Source: Kudoa neothunni
Taxonomy: Eukaryota > Animalia > Cnidaria
Direction: 5' to 3'
Length of the DNA stretch: 64,000 bases
Assembly (NCBI GenBank): GCA_964304625.1
Contig: OZ199839.1
Location: 10,263,287 to 10,327,286, forward strand
Positions 38,021 through 49,365 of this stretch are shown one piece after another. The notes beneath the pieces were generated by a model, which was not told the origin of the DNA, did not search any database, and saw only the letters and a program-made list of their open reading frames with translations. How positions within the stretch are numbered: position 1 is the stretch's first letter; each line of letters opens with the position of its first letter. Position numbers and translations under genes: made by a program.

Positions 38021-40462
38021 CTAGCGCAGTGTTGCCAACCGTGTTCGATTTTTATTCTTGTTTTTCCAGACTGAATAATCGCAAAACAAAATTCCAAAGA
38101 TAAGGAGTTTTTGCACATTCACAAAAAATGGAATTTAACCGTTGCTGATTTCATTACGAGAAATCTTCGAGTAGAAAATTTTATATTTGGAACAGTGCTT
38201 TATTTCAAATTAAAATGTCCGCAATAAAAGTTCACCAAACAAAAGATACAATTAGAAATTTTAATAATTCTTAAAGCCCACGTAACACAAAAATTGAGAA
38301 TAAAAAACATGCTAAAAATTTATCAAAATCAAAACATTTTTAAATTTTATGCTCCTGTTAAGATCACCAATTTGGATTTTTTAACATTTTTAACGGCAAT
38401 ACACAGTTTTATCACGACGATGAACCATTTTGGAATTATTACGAAGAGATTCTTGTGATTGAATTCTGAATGCTTGAATTTAAAAAAAAGACTCTGATGT
38501 TTGTGATATTCAATGCTAAGTTTTCATTACAAGTGTTTGTTATCAATTTTCAAAAAATCCTAATTTTAGGTATTATCTAAACAAATTAAAATTTAACTAA
38601 ATATTATCTACTTGACTAATTTTTCTTAAATTTAATGAATGAATGGTCGCACATAAAAATAAAAACTCATCTAGGTATAGTTGTTACGTGAAATTCAAAA
38701 GTCGAACGATAGACTGTGACAGAATTGTTTGAAATTAACGGAATTGAATAGGCTCAAAAACAAAGTTTGTTTGACTAAATAATTAACAGTTCCTTTTTGG
38801 CCATTGTTTACATTAAGTATTGGACTCATTCCCCTTAAAACATCACGATTAGCGCGATATCCGAAAACTATATAATTTTAAGGAACAACGCGCGTACTCG
38901 ATTATTTGTCAGTCAGTGTTGGTCTTTTTATAGCGCATCTTACACCAGACCTCTTAAGACATAACAGTTTATCGACAAATAAATTTCAATTCTATCGGAA
39001 AATACTGCACATCTTTACTTCCTCTAACTCTAATTAACGCTTCTCCGGAAATAGCATTTTCTCACCTAGAATTATCGAAAGAATCATAAGAAATAGAATG
39101 ATATGCTCTACATTCGATAATCTTGTTCTAATGAGGAATTTTTTCAACGCACTGACAAAATAATCTCATAAATTTGAAGTTTCTGAGTTAATTATAAATT
39201 AGCGTAATATTTATACATATAATTAAATATTAGTACCGTTTTTACAAAAAATCTGATATATCCGATTTTGTCGGATGTCTGATTTGGGTTGGCAGCGCTG
39301 TACTAGCGGGAATTGTACTGCGTTGCTTGGGAGTAATAAGTACTGAAAAATTTCCTAATAACATTCAAAAGAGATATTAATATTTCAAATTAACTTATAG
39401 ATTCAAACTAAAAAATTTTGTTAAGCTTTATATTTTAACGACTGTGAATATGAAATTTAAATTATGATCATTTCCGTGAAGGAGTGTACCAATCCCGGCG
39501 TTCATTAAAAAATTTCGAGGCATGACACCAAAATTAAATAATTTAACGTCAGTGTCGCATTTAATTTGCATTCCTGAATTATTTAATTCCCTTAAATTGC
39601 TCTTTAAAACGTTATTTTGTGATCCTGGGATTTTTCAAAGTCGAATTCTAGCCGGCTCAGAAAGTTTGTGTATCGTCGATTACGGGAGACAAAAAAATAG
39701 AAAAGTATATAGAGATAGAAGAAAATTTATTTTTATTACTCAAATCATTATCTCTTGCTCCAGCGTAAACTTTAATGAGCTCTTTCTCAAAAACACATAC
39801 AGATCGCGTCAATATCAAGAAAAATAACTTGAATAATCGGACGAAGTAAAAATACCACTATCTTCATTGAATTTAATCACTGAAAGTTCAACATAGCGAA
39901 CGATTTCAACTAAATCTACAGACACAGGGCATTTATTCCAAAGCTTCAATCTATCTGATTATCGCATAAACAACTAATTCGCTATTAATGAAACAAATAG
40001 ACTTTTTGTCGCATCCAAAACCAGTAATAGAAACTTCAAAGTATGCTTATCAAGTCAAATACGTTAAAACTCCACAAATAAGGGGTGAATTTGTGAAAAC
40101 ACCAAAATATACATGCCAATATTATATAAAATATCAGACGATATCGCTTGATTTAAATTTGATAAAGCATATAAAGGGGAAAATTAACTTCAACCGACCA
40201 TCAGCAGGTCATAAGCAGGTGTTAATCCTATTGTTAAACTCAAGTAATCCGATAAACAAACATTGAATCGCCAAAATCACCATTTTCTAAACACTTTAGC
40301 GAATATTTGATATTTTAAAAACGATTTAAAAATTGTTTGAAACATTTTGATTTTTACCAAATTTTATAAATGTCTCTCTATAAGGAAAAAATTTTGACGC
40401 ACATGCGTACTTGCTGACACACACAACACACGCGGACACTTCAGCTTTATATAGATAGTAGA
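38021..40462 (-). mobile_element. Non-autonomous Helitron interrupted by a hAT element
   Basis: On the minus strand, 5' end A|TCTACTATCTATATAAAGCTGAAG followed by a (TG)n tract; 3' end hairpin plus CTAG|T. No TSD. Confidence 0.72.
38027..39300. mobile_element. Non-autonomous hAT-type element
   Basis: TIR CAG(T/C)G(T/C)TGCCAACC; 8-bp TSD TACTAGCG (38019-26, 39301-08). Confidence 0.85.
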
Positions 40463-40590
40463 TATTTAACATGGTAACTTTATACTTATGTAGAAGCAAC
40501 ATGTATAACGTTGGTAATATATTTGGATTTAATTCTTTATTTCAACTGACATAATATTGTATGCGTATAACGTTAATGATAAGTTATATC

Positions 40591-41658
40591 TAGGCCTTTA
40601 AAAAATCGAGGGACGGGGAAGTTTTTATTAGAAACGAAAGTGATTATGCGTTGAAATGAGGATTATTAAGAATAGGGATTTCACGATTTCAACGTTTTTC
40701 GGGTGTTACTAATTTTTACAAACATTTTGACTGATTAACATCCGTAATTGATTTTATTTAAAATGCTATAAAAATCGTATATTTATATTTGTGACGATTA
40801 CTTTACTTTGAGGTTAATTTTAATTAAAAAATAATCATTCAATATTTTTGTTTTTAGTTACTTAATGGATAAAACTAAAAAGATAACTTAATTGAATAAA
40901 TTAAATATTTTCATGTTTGAATTTTGGAACAAATATTGTTATAACATTTATTAATCATGAATAAACTACGCGAAAAAATTTATAAACTAAAAACCACATT
41001 AAGTTACGACATCGTTAAACTGAAACATCTTCGTTCTAATGTTGAATAGAATAAATCAGAAAATTTCGGTTTTAAAATATGAAGTCAAGATTGAACATTT
41101 TCAAACTTATTACTAATAGATACAAATAAAAAAATTCATTGAATGATTGACGACTTCGAATTTGTTAAAATTAGAGAGAAATAATAATTTTTTGATGTAT
41201 TTATCCACAACTGAGATTCCGCGTGAATTTGAATGTGCTCGACTTAAGATTTATTTCCAGTTTGTAGGTTAATTCTTTTTCAGCTAAATTTAACTACATA
41301 ATGTAATTTTTTGTGATAAGATCAAAAATGAAAAAACTTTCGAAAAAGAAATGAATTAACAGGCTGGATTGTAGGAAACGACTTTATTTCCAATTTTATA
41401 TGCGACACCGCTCGACGTTCTACACAGATACGTAGTATTGTAGTTTAGATGATATTTTAAAAGGAATAAAATAGTTTATTCCGAAAAATAATGCACTGCC
41501 GAATTTTGATAAGAAAATTTCTCCTAACATTGATTACAAAAATCGATTGTGAACGAATCACACAATCTTGTTAATACATTGACTTAATCTCTTGGAAATA
41601 GAGGATAACCCCTATACTCTCGAAGTCAACCCTCGACCCTCGATTTTTTGAATCCCTA
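40591..41658. mobile_element. Non-autonomous hAT-type element
   Basis: Imperfect TIR TAGG...AAAAAATCGAGGG; 8-bp TSD GTTATATC (40583-90, 41659-66). Confidence 0.85.
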
Positions 41659-42573
41659 GTTATATCTTATGTTAGTGTCTCAGTAAATTTTTCAACAGTT
41701 TGCGTGGTTAGCTCTATAACTGCTTTACTCTCCCGCTCAATTCTCATACTTGATAAATAAATTAGTAATTCACTGGAGAAACATCTATTGTCGAAAATTT
41801 TTTGGAATATCCGATCCAGTAACAAAAGTGCTTCCCTTCTGAGTGAGTATCCACTGATTCTATAGCCTTTCAAAAGTTCGAGAATGCATCACTTATCTTT
41901 GGGCCTGGTATGATATCATGAATAAATAGTGTTTGATCAGACTCTCCTTCCATAATGATTGAACTCGGTACTATGAACGTTACAGCTGTGTTTCAAAGAA
42001 TATTTTACTCGTTTTTGACGATATATTACATATAATTAGCTTTATCAGGGATATATATATATATATATATATTGGTTTATCGAAAACTTAAAGCTTTTTG
42101 TATTGATACTTATGAAAGAATTAAAAATATTCTTGAAGTTTTTCGATGCCAAACTATTAATTAAAAAATAAATGAAGCTAAATTTATATTCTGCATTTAT
42201 AATATAAATTTTTTGGAAAAAGTGGTAACGGTTGAATTGTTAATTTAGGAGAACACACGCGCCCGGCAAATTAAACACTGCTTTGAATTTAATGGATATA
42301 GTGACATCAAAAAATGACATAATACTATTTGATGCTATAGATTCTATATTATAAAATAGAATCTGTTCTCCAACAATTCTTAAGTGATACTAGAGAGTAT
42401 GGAGATATAGCTAACAATAGCAAACATATTCATTTAGAGTAAAAGCGAGGGTGATAATTTATTCAGCGCACAAGCATAAACGCCTCTTGATTTATTTATA
42501 TAAAAATTTTTTTATTTAAAATTATCTAATAAAGTATACTAAATAATTTTTTATAATATTAATAAGAAATGTA

Positions 42574-45191
42574 CTATCTGACTCTTCCACCTGTCGCAAC
42601 CTTCTTTCGATAGATAACCATATAATAGAACATTCCTCCAGCTACGCATAGTAGTACTCCAATAACACTTCCTCTAACAAAATCGTCATTTATTTTATGT
42701 TGAGAAATGTTACGATATGATTCCAGCAGTCTTTAAGCTATATTTAATATTAGAATCATATTCGAAAAATTTATATTTTACTGGTTTGAATCCACTGGAG
42801 CAATAATGTCAGGGGCTAAAAAATATAATTGTCAAATTTCCGTCTTTTATATTTTTTAAATCCTACTATAAAATATATATTATTATCAAATATCCTAATA
42901 TAGCTATTTTTAATAATTTTCATTGGATAAATATTGGAAAAACATGATTTTAATTAGTTTAATCTGAATTAAATGGCTTACCCTTTTGTGGTTCTCCGAA
43001 TAACTTTAGTTGTAGGTGAAACTATTATTGTTAATTAAATAAATATATTTGCACTCGTTTTTACTAAAAAATATTCAATAGCATAAATTAAAAAATTGCG
43101 TACCCTGTAGTTTCTTCCATCTTAGCTGTCACTATAAGAGCAAGAGAATTAATTTTTATTTTTTTAAACAAAATACTCGGTCTGATTATATAAACCGTTT
43201 TTCCATGTATATATTTCTCTGGTTTCACAATTAATTTATATGATTTTGCAGAAGAAAATCCTGAATATATCATTGCGTTGCATTTTACTTGACAACTGCC
43301 ACCAGTTTCTATGCAAGGAGTTCCAACTTTTGTTGGATTGGTAACATCCGTAATATCAAGTAATGTATTATAACATATCATCTCAGTCATATCTCTTGTT
43401 GGATCCATGGTTGCGGAAAAAGTTACACTTTCACCACTTATTTTGTGAGTTATAGTTAGTGTTGCGCCATCTAAATTAAGTATCGATCGCAGAACTAAAC
43501 ATTAATACCTGTTAACAATTCACCAATTTCCTTATCATTCTTAGAATTATCAAATTTTATCAAAATTGAATAATCTGTCCCTCGTTCCAATCTTTCTAGC
43601 TCAATTGATTCAGAGCACATTACTCTGCAAGGAAATCTTCCATTACAATAGGCATCAGTATAGAATTTCGTCCATTCGTTCTTTATTTTGACTATGCAAG
43701 CGATTTTATCAACGTTTGTAGCCATAGGTTGGAATTGCATTCTCGTATCCAAAACTCTTATATCGTCTTTCGAAAGCGTGATGTCAACCCCAGCTATTGA
43801 CAGATTTAACGTAGATATATAGAAAATTTATTACTTGTTTTTATATAAAATTCGGACGTTGTTTCTATATTATTGTCTGTTTTCGCGACGACAGTTACGA
43901 CATAAGTAGTCCCCGCAGTTAAGGTGGAAATACTCTTGCTTCCGCAAGTGCTATCATCGTTAGCATCAGTTATGATTGTTACATCGGGATTAAGGGCCTT
44001 CCTCACGTTTACGGTACAACTGGTTGCAGTTGTTGTACCATCAGAGGTTTTCATGCTTGAAACGTTTAATGTAAATCCTGTTTGTCCCATGCTTGATGGT
44101 TCTATGGCATTATTTGCAACTAAAGATAATTACACAAAATTTAATTGATTTCGTATACTCGTATATTTTTTTATTTGAAATGTTGCGTTAGGGATTTCTC
44201 GAATGTGAACTGACATCTGTTTATAAGTCACTTCAACTTTCATCACAACCTCAGTGCATAGACTTATGCACAAATCTGAATTTTCTCCACAGGAAGTTGT
44301 ATATGTTTCGTCTTCCACAGAAGCATCTTTTATCTTGAACTCACAAATTCTATCAGGTTTTGGGTTCAAAATAGTAATTTTAGTGTTTTTTTGTTCTGGT
44401 CCTTTGGTTACTTTGAAAATAATATCTGAAAATTCTGATGCTTTCATTGTGTATTTATTTTGGATATGGTATACAAAATCCGGTAAAAAATCGCCACATT
44501 TTAGAGTATATTCATGTCGATATGTCAAAAGACTTGCTTTAAGATGATCTTGATCTACTGATGTACAAATTTCTGCGCTATCAGCGGACTTGGTAATTTC
44601 AATGCCGTCAGAAGTAATTTTACATTCTGTTATAGGGCAAATCCTATTGTATGTAAATTTAACGTCATTAACGTCTTTTGATACAGTAATATCTGGGCTT
44701 AATATATAGCCTAAAATATATAACAATTTAATAAATTCTGCAATTTGAAGACTAGATTACTTTTTGGTATCAAAAAGACTTTTGTAAGGGTTGGAGTATT
44801 TTCAACCGTTTCTTTCGTTCCGGCAACCTTTACTAAAACAAATAATGTTGAAAATGAGACTTCTTCTAATTCTAAATTTTGCGCATTGCAATTTACAACA
44901 CATTTATTATCTTGTTGGGTCCCAGCAGTGCAACCGAAGTCTTTGTATGACAATTTGTTGTCTTCCACTTTAGATAACTGTATATAACATATATCTGTAC
45001 TGGTAAATTCTTTGAGTGATATTTTAAGTTTATTTCTCTTATTTACTTCTTCCTTGATCCCAAATTCTAGATAATTGGTTTTTTGTGTATCCTGAGCACT
45101 TAATGTGCCTAAAAAATGTATACCAAGTTAAATAAAATCAGCTACCTATTAATAATAGCGGAAAAACGTATATTTCAACGAATAAAGCCAT
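42574..45191 (-). CDS. Tandem surface-protein gene, copy 4
   Basis: ATG 45191 (MALFVEIYVFPLLLIG). Same architecture; tail RKKVATGGRVR; short deletion in the exon-4 Cys loop. Confidence 0.85.
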
Positions 45192-47881
45192 AAAAATTTA
45201 TATCAGCGAATGAAATCTAGTGTTTAGGCATTAGCGAATACGATCTATTCAATGAACAATACAGCTTCCGAATATTCTTTTAAAGCTGAAAGGTATTCAA
45301 ACTTTGATATTAATGATAGATAATTGTAGATTAAGGAAAAGTTTTGAAATATTTCTATAATAATCTCGACCATGAACAACGGTATATGAGACCTCTTCTA
45401 TTCGCAGAGATATACCGTCTAAATAAGAAAGCGACTTACGCACAAGACATCCGTTATCCCTGTCGGTTCGATGTGGGGTCGTTTGTGATCCCACTAGAGC
45501 TATTTTTGTTTAATTCCTAGAGTTTTGATGTGACCATTTAATGAATTTGAAAATTTTTCGATAAAACTATGAGTTTTAATAGAATTTATATTAGTTTAAG
45601 CCTTTAAAGATTAATTATACAACATTTTTTAAGACGAAAGATCATTTGCGGTAACGGTGTATTGGTGTACTTACATGCTACCAAAATTCGTTTTGATGCT
45701 TTGTATATTTTTAATCGTATTTCTCACGATTTTTTTTATTATTTTTAAAAAATTTAACCATAAATAAATTAACAAATTTTCATTCCTAACGTTTAGCAAT
45801 TCTTTATACGTAATCATATGTTTGATCGCGTTTCCTTCCTGTGATCGCCGGATTATAGGTAGATAAATTCTTGTTATATGTTGATCGATAGCTTTTTTTA
45901 AAATTAATCTTTCATTACTAATTAATTAAAGATATAGTTATATTTTAGTAGAATTTATACATAAATCTGACGAGCAAAAATGTATTAAAAAATGTTGAAC
46001 CTTTTGCGGATTATCTACCTGAACGAAATAGTGGTGATGGTCCATATTAGAACTGACGATGAGTTCATATGCTTATAGACATTGGTACTCTTTTGTTTAT
46101 TTTATTAATATCAAAAAATCATATGCGGAATTCCAACTAGATGTATCAATTGCAGGGGTTACCATACAATGTATACATCAAATAGGAGGTATACCAAACT
46201 TCGAAAAAGGTGCCTGGTGAATTAAGCATCTCATAAATAATGCGGAAAATTTTACAAGCTATGTGTATACGAAGTGATAGGCATATGAGATTACATATTA
46301 TTTTAATAGTGACAGGTAGATGCAAAACAAAATTTTATCTCACAAAGGACACGTTTTATTTGTAATAAATAGTGGGTAAAATAGAAAGTTAGTGTATACA
46401 ACATAAAGTGTGTTTTCACAGGTCTGGAGACTTAACGAAGATTTCAGTGTACCCACTGATGATGTTGTGTTTGGGATTTTGTAACAAAATTAGATGATAT
46501 TATATTTATCTGAATTATTGCTCTCGGTGTTTATTTATTTTATTATAAACAATCGTGAAAGAATCGGCGATAAAACTATGCGCGGAAGGGTGTTTTTGAG
46601 GTGCCACATCCTACCCTATTACCTCTGGTATTTTCTACTATTAACGCGGATCATTCCACCTGATCATGGGAAAAAAAATATCTAATTCATTATGGACAAT
46701 TAAAAGTGTGTAACCATGAAATATACATGGAACAAATAGGAAGTAACAATTTAAATCCTAATAATATATAAACTTAAATAACCCAACTGGAGGGTTAATC
46801 CGAAGGTTTCTGAAAATATATAATTAAATTTTTTGGGAATTGAACAACCCTGCCCAATATTTAATATTGTTAAAAAATTATCGTGAAAGAATCGGCAAAA
46901 ATAAATGAAGTTTAGAGGTTAAAATCAAATAGCCGTCTCCTTTACCATTACCTTTATTAGAATAACAAATTTAAAACACAGTTTGCTGGACAGCGTGTCC
47001 ACCTCCAGGCATGCGCGGAACTTTATTTTAAATCAACGATTTATATATCTTTGACTTTAAAACATTAGCTAGAATTTAATAACCAAAATGAAAATTCCAT
47101 TGAAATAAAATACAAGAAATATACATATTAAAAGATTACATAAAGGATATTATATATTAAAAAAACCACCATATTGGACACTCTGTCCATGCCCATGCAT
47201 CGGAGGGTTAATTTATTATTTTAGCTGAAAAAATAAAAACCATAAACAGTCCCTCAATAGACGTATTGGAGTTCATAAATGTATTCCTTATTATATTGAA
47301 TCTGAAAAGTAATGAAAATTAAATCACTTTTCTTTTCCTCAAATAATTACAAATTTATCAAACTTTTTATTATGATCTGTACGTCTGTGCTAATATTGCG
47401 AGGTATTTTTCTATTGTGTGGCTTCTCCCTTGTGTCCCATTGACTGACGCTATAACTAGGTTAGCCTATAACAATTTAGGTGTTTTCTTATAAATTCATA
47501 CAGATTTAAAATTTTAAACTACCGAATTTTAAAGGTTTTCTAAACAAACATCTTAATAGTTTAAATCGATGAATTATTTAATTTAAAATCAATTCAAAAG
47601 TCATTCATAGGAATCAGAGCATATTCCATTTATGTACTTAATGGTAAAACTATAACCATCATTCCCAAATCAAACATTATAGCTTGTTGAGTTTTTGCAT
47701 GAGTTTCGTCGTTAGACTAAAATTTTGATTTGAATAGATTAATTTAACTCTAATTTTCGTTAACATTATAATTTTTTAGCCATGTGACTTTATAATAATT
47801 TTTATTTCTGCGCTAAATTATTGATAATGGATCCCTTTATGTCAAAATGAGATATATGAATACTTGCTTAATTCTTTAAAC

Positions 47882-48539
47882 CAGTATTTCGAACCTTTTT
47901 TCTATCACTCCCACTTTTTCCTGAAAAAAAGTTCCGTGCCCACCTTTTTCAAAAGTATTAATTTAGTAACTTAAACTGTTCATAACTTTGAATAAAACTT
48001 TTTATCACATTGAAATTTAAAAGCAATTTATATATATTTCTTTTCGAATTAAAATTAAAATTTTCCCCACATGGCCTACTTAATTTTTCGGTGGACCTTC
48101 AAAAATAGCATCAAGTAAAACTCGGAGTATTTCAATCTTCATTAGAAAAGATTTTCGTCTATAAGTGACTTATAAACCAAAAATAAATAGTAAATATTGA
48201 AAATTAATCAAGATTATATTAGGTTAAATCAAAAAGGAGATATATGGTTCTAAATGAGACAAGATTGCAATCAAACCATTTTAATCCTTATCGAGTGAAG
48301 GACACGTTAAATTTTATTATTTATTTCCGTATAATTAGTCATTGTTTTTATAATATTAATTGTCGTTTATAAATAAGTGACATTGAGTTCAAAGTACGCC
48401 ATTCTGCCCAATAATCTCATTATTAACCGTGTTACACCAATACTCAGGATTTTCCGTTTCCCACCAGAACGGTTCATTAAACTTTCGAATATTTCCAAGT
48501 CTCATTAAAATATTGTCGCGCCCATGTTGGGAAATACTG
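47882..48539. mobile_element. hAT-type MITE
   Basis: TIR CAGTATTTC..AAC; 8-bp TSD CTTTAAAC. The homologous flank near 12.3 kb lacks it. Confidence 0.85.
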
Positions 48540-49365
48540 CTTTAAACAAACTTAGCTAATGTTTCCTATGAATTAAAATTTTGGTCGTACGTTCTTGCGT
48601 ACAACAGAGATCTAACTACATTGAACCTATAGGATTAACAGTTTGCCACAAATTTTTAGCACTTTTAAATATTTATAATTTATAAATTTGTAGTAAACAA
48701 TAAACAGCTAATAAATTTTATCTAGCAGTAATTTTATCGGGAAGTTTTTATTCTTGATTTATTAAATTTCTCCACGAGTGCTGCAATAGAATTTTTGTCA
48801 TCAGGAGGATTTAGTAATTAAACTTCCAAAGTAACAGATTAAATATGAAATAATATTTTTTGAACGAATAAAATTAGAGAACGATTGACTTGTCAGTAAT
48901 CCTCCTATTTAATCAAATCTCGGTGTCTCCATTTGGATAATTTTAGAAAAATTTCGTTTTTTAATACCTTTAGTTATTGAAATTTTTGTAATTCAATGCC
49001 TCATATAGATTCTTTATGGCTGAGGAATTAAACAGAATTCTAACAATTTAGCCTTAGAGGGATGCATTGTAATTTAGTGGATATGGTGCTATCAAAAAAG
49101 GCCATGAAACTTAATGAAAAGAATCTAATGAAATGCTATTCAAAACTACGGAATATCTTCTCCAATAACTTTTAAACTATAATTGAGAATACGGAGATAT
49201 AGCTTACAATATTAAACATACTTGTTTAGAGTAAAAACGAGGGCGATAATTTATTTAGCGCATCAGCATAAAGACCCTGATTTATTTAAAGAAAACTGGG
49301 TTTATTTAAAATTATCTAACAATGTTTACTAAATAATTCTTTTTATTATGTTAATATGAAATGAA

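Noticed and set aside
39522-40266. ORFs of 92-101 aa
   Set aside because: They lie inside a non-autonomous Helitron and show no recognisable motifs or splice context.
45297-45494. 65-aa ORF upstream of copy 4 as a possible uORF or extra exon
   Set aside because: Non-ATG start and the frame is interrupted by stops in the other copies.
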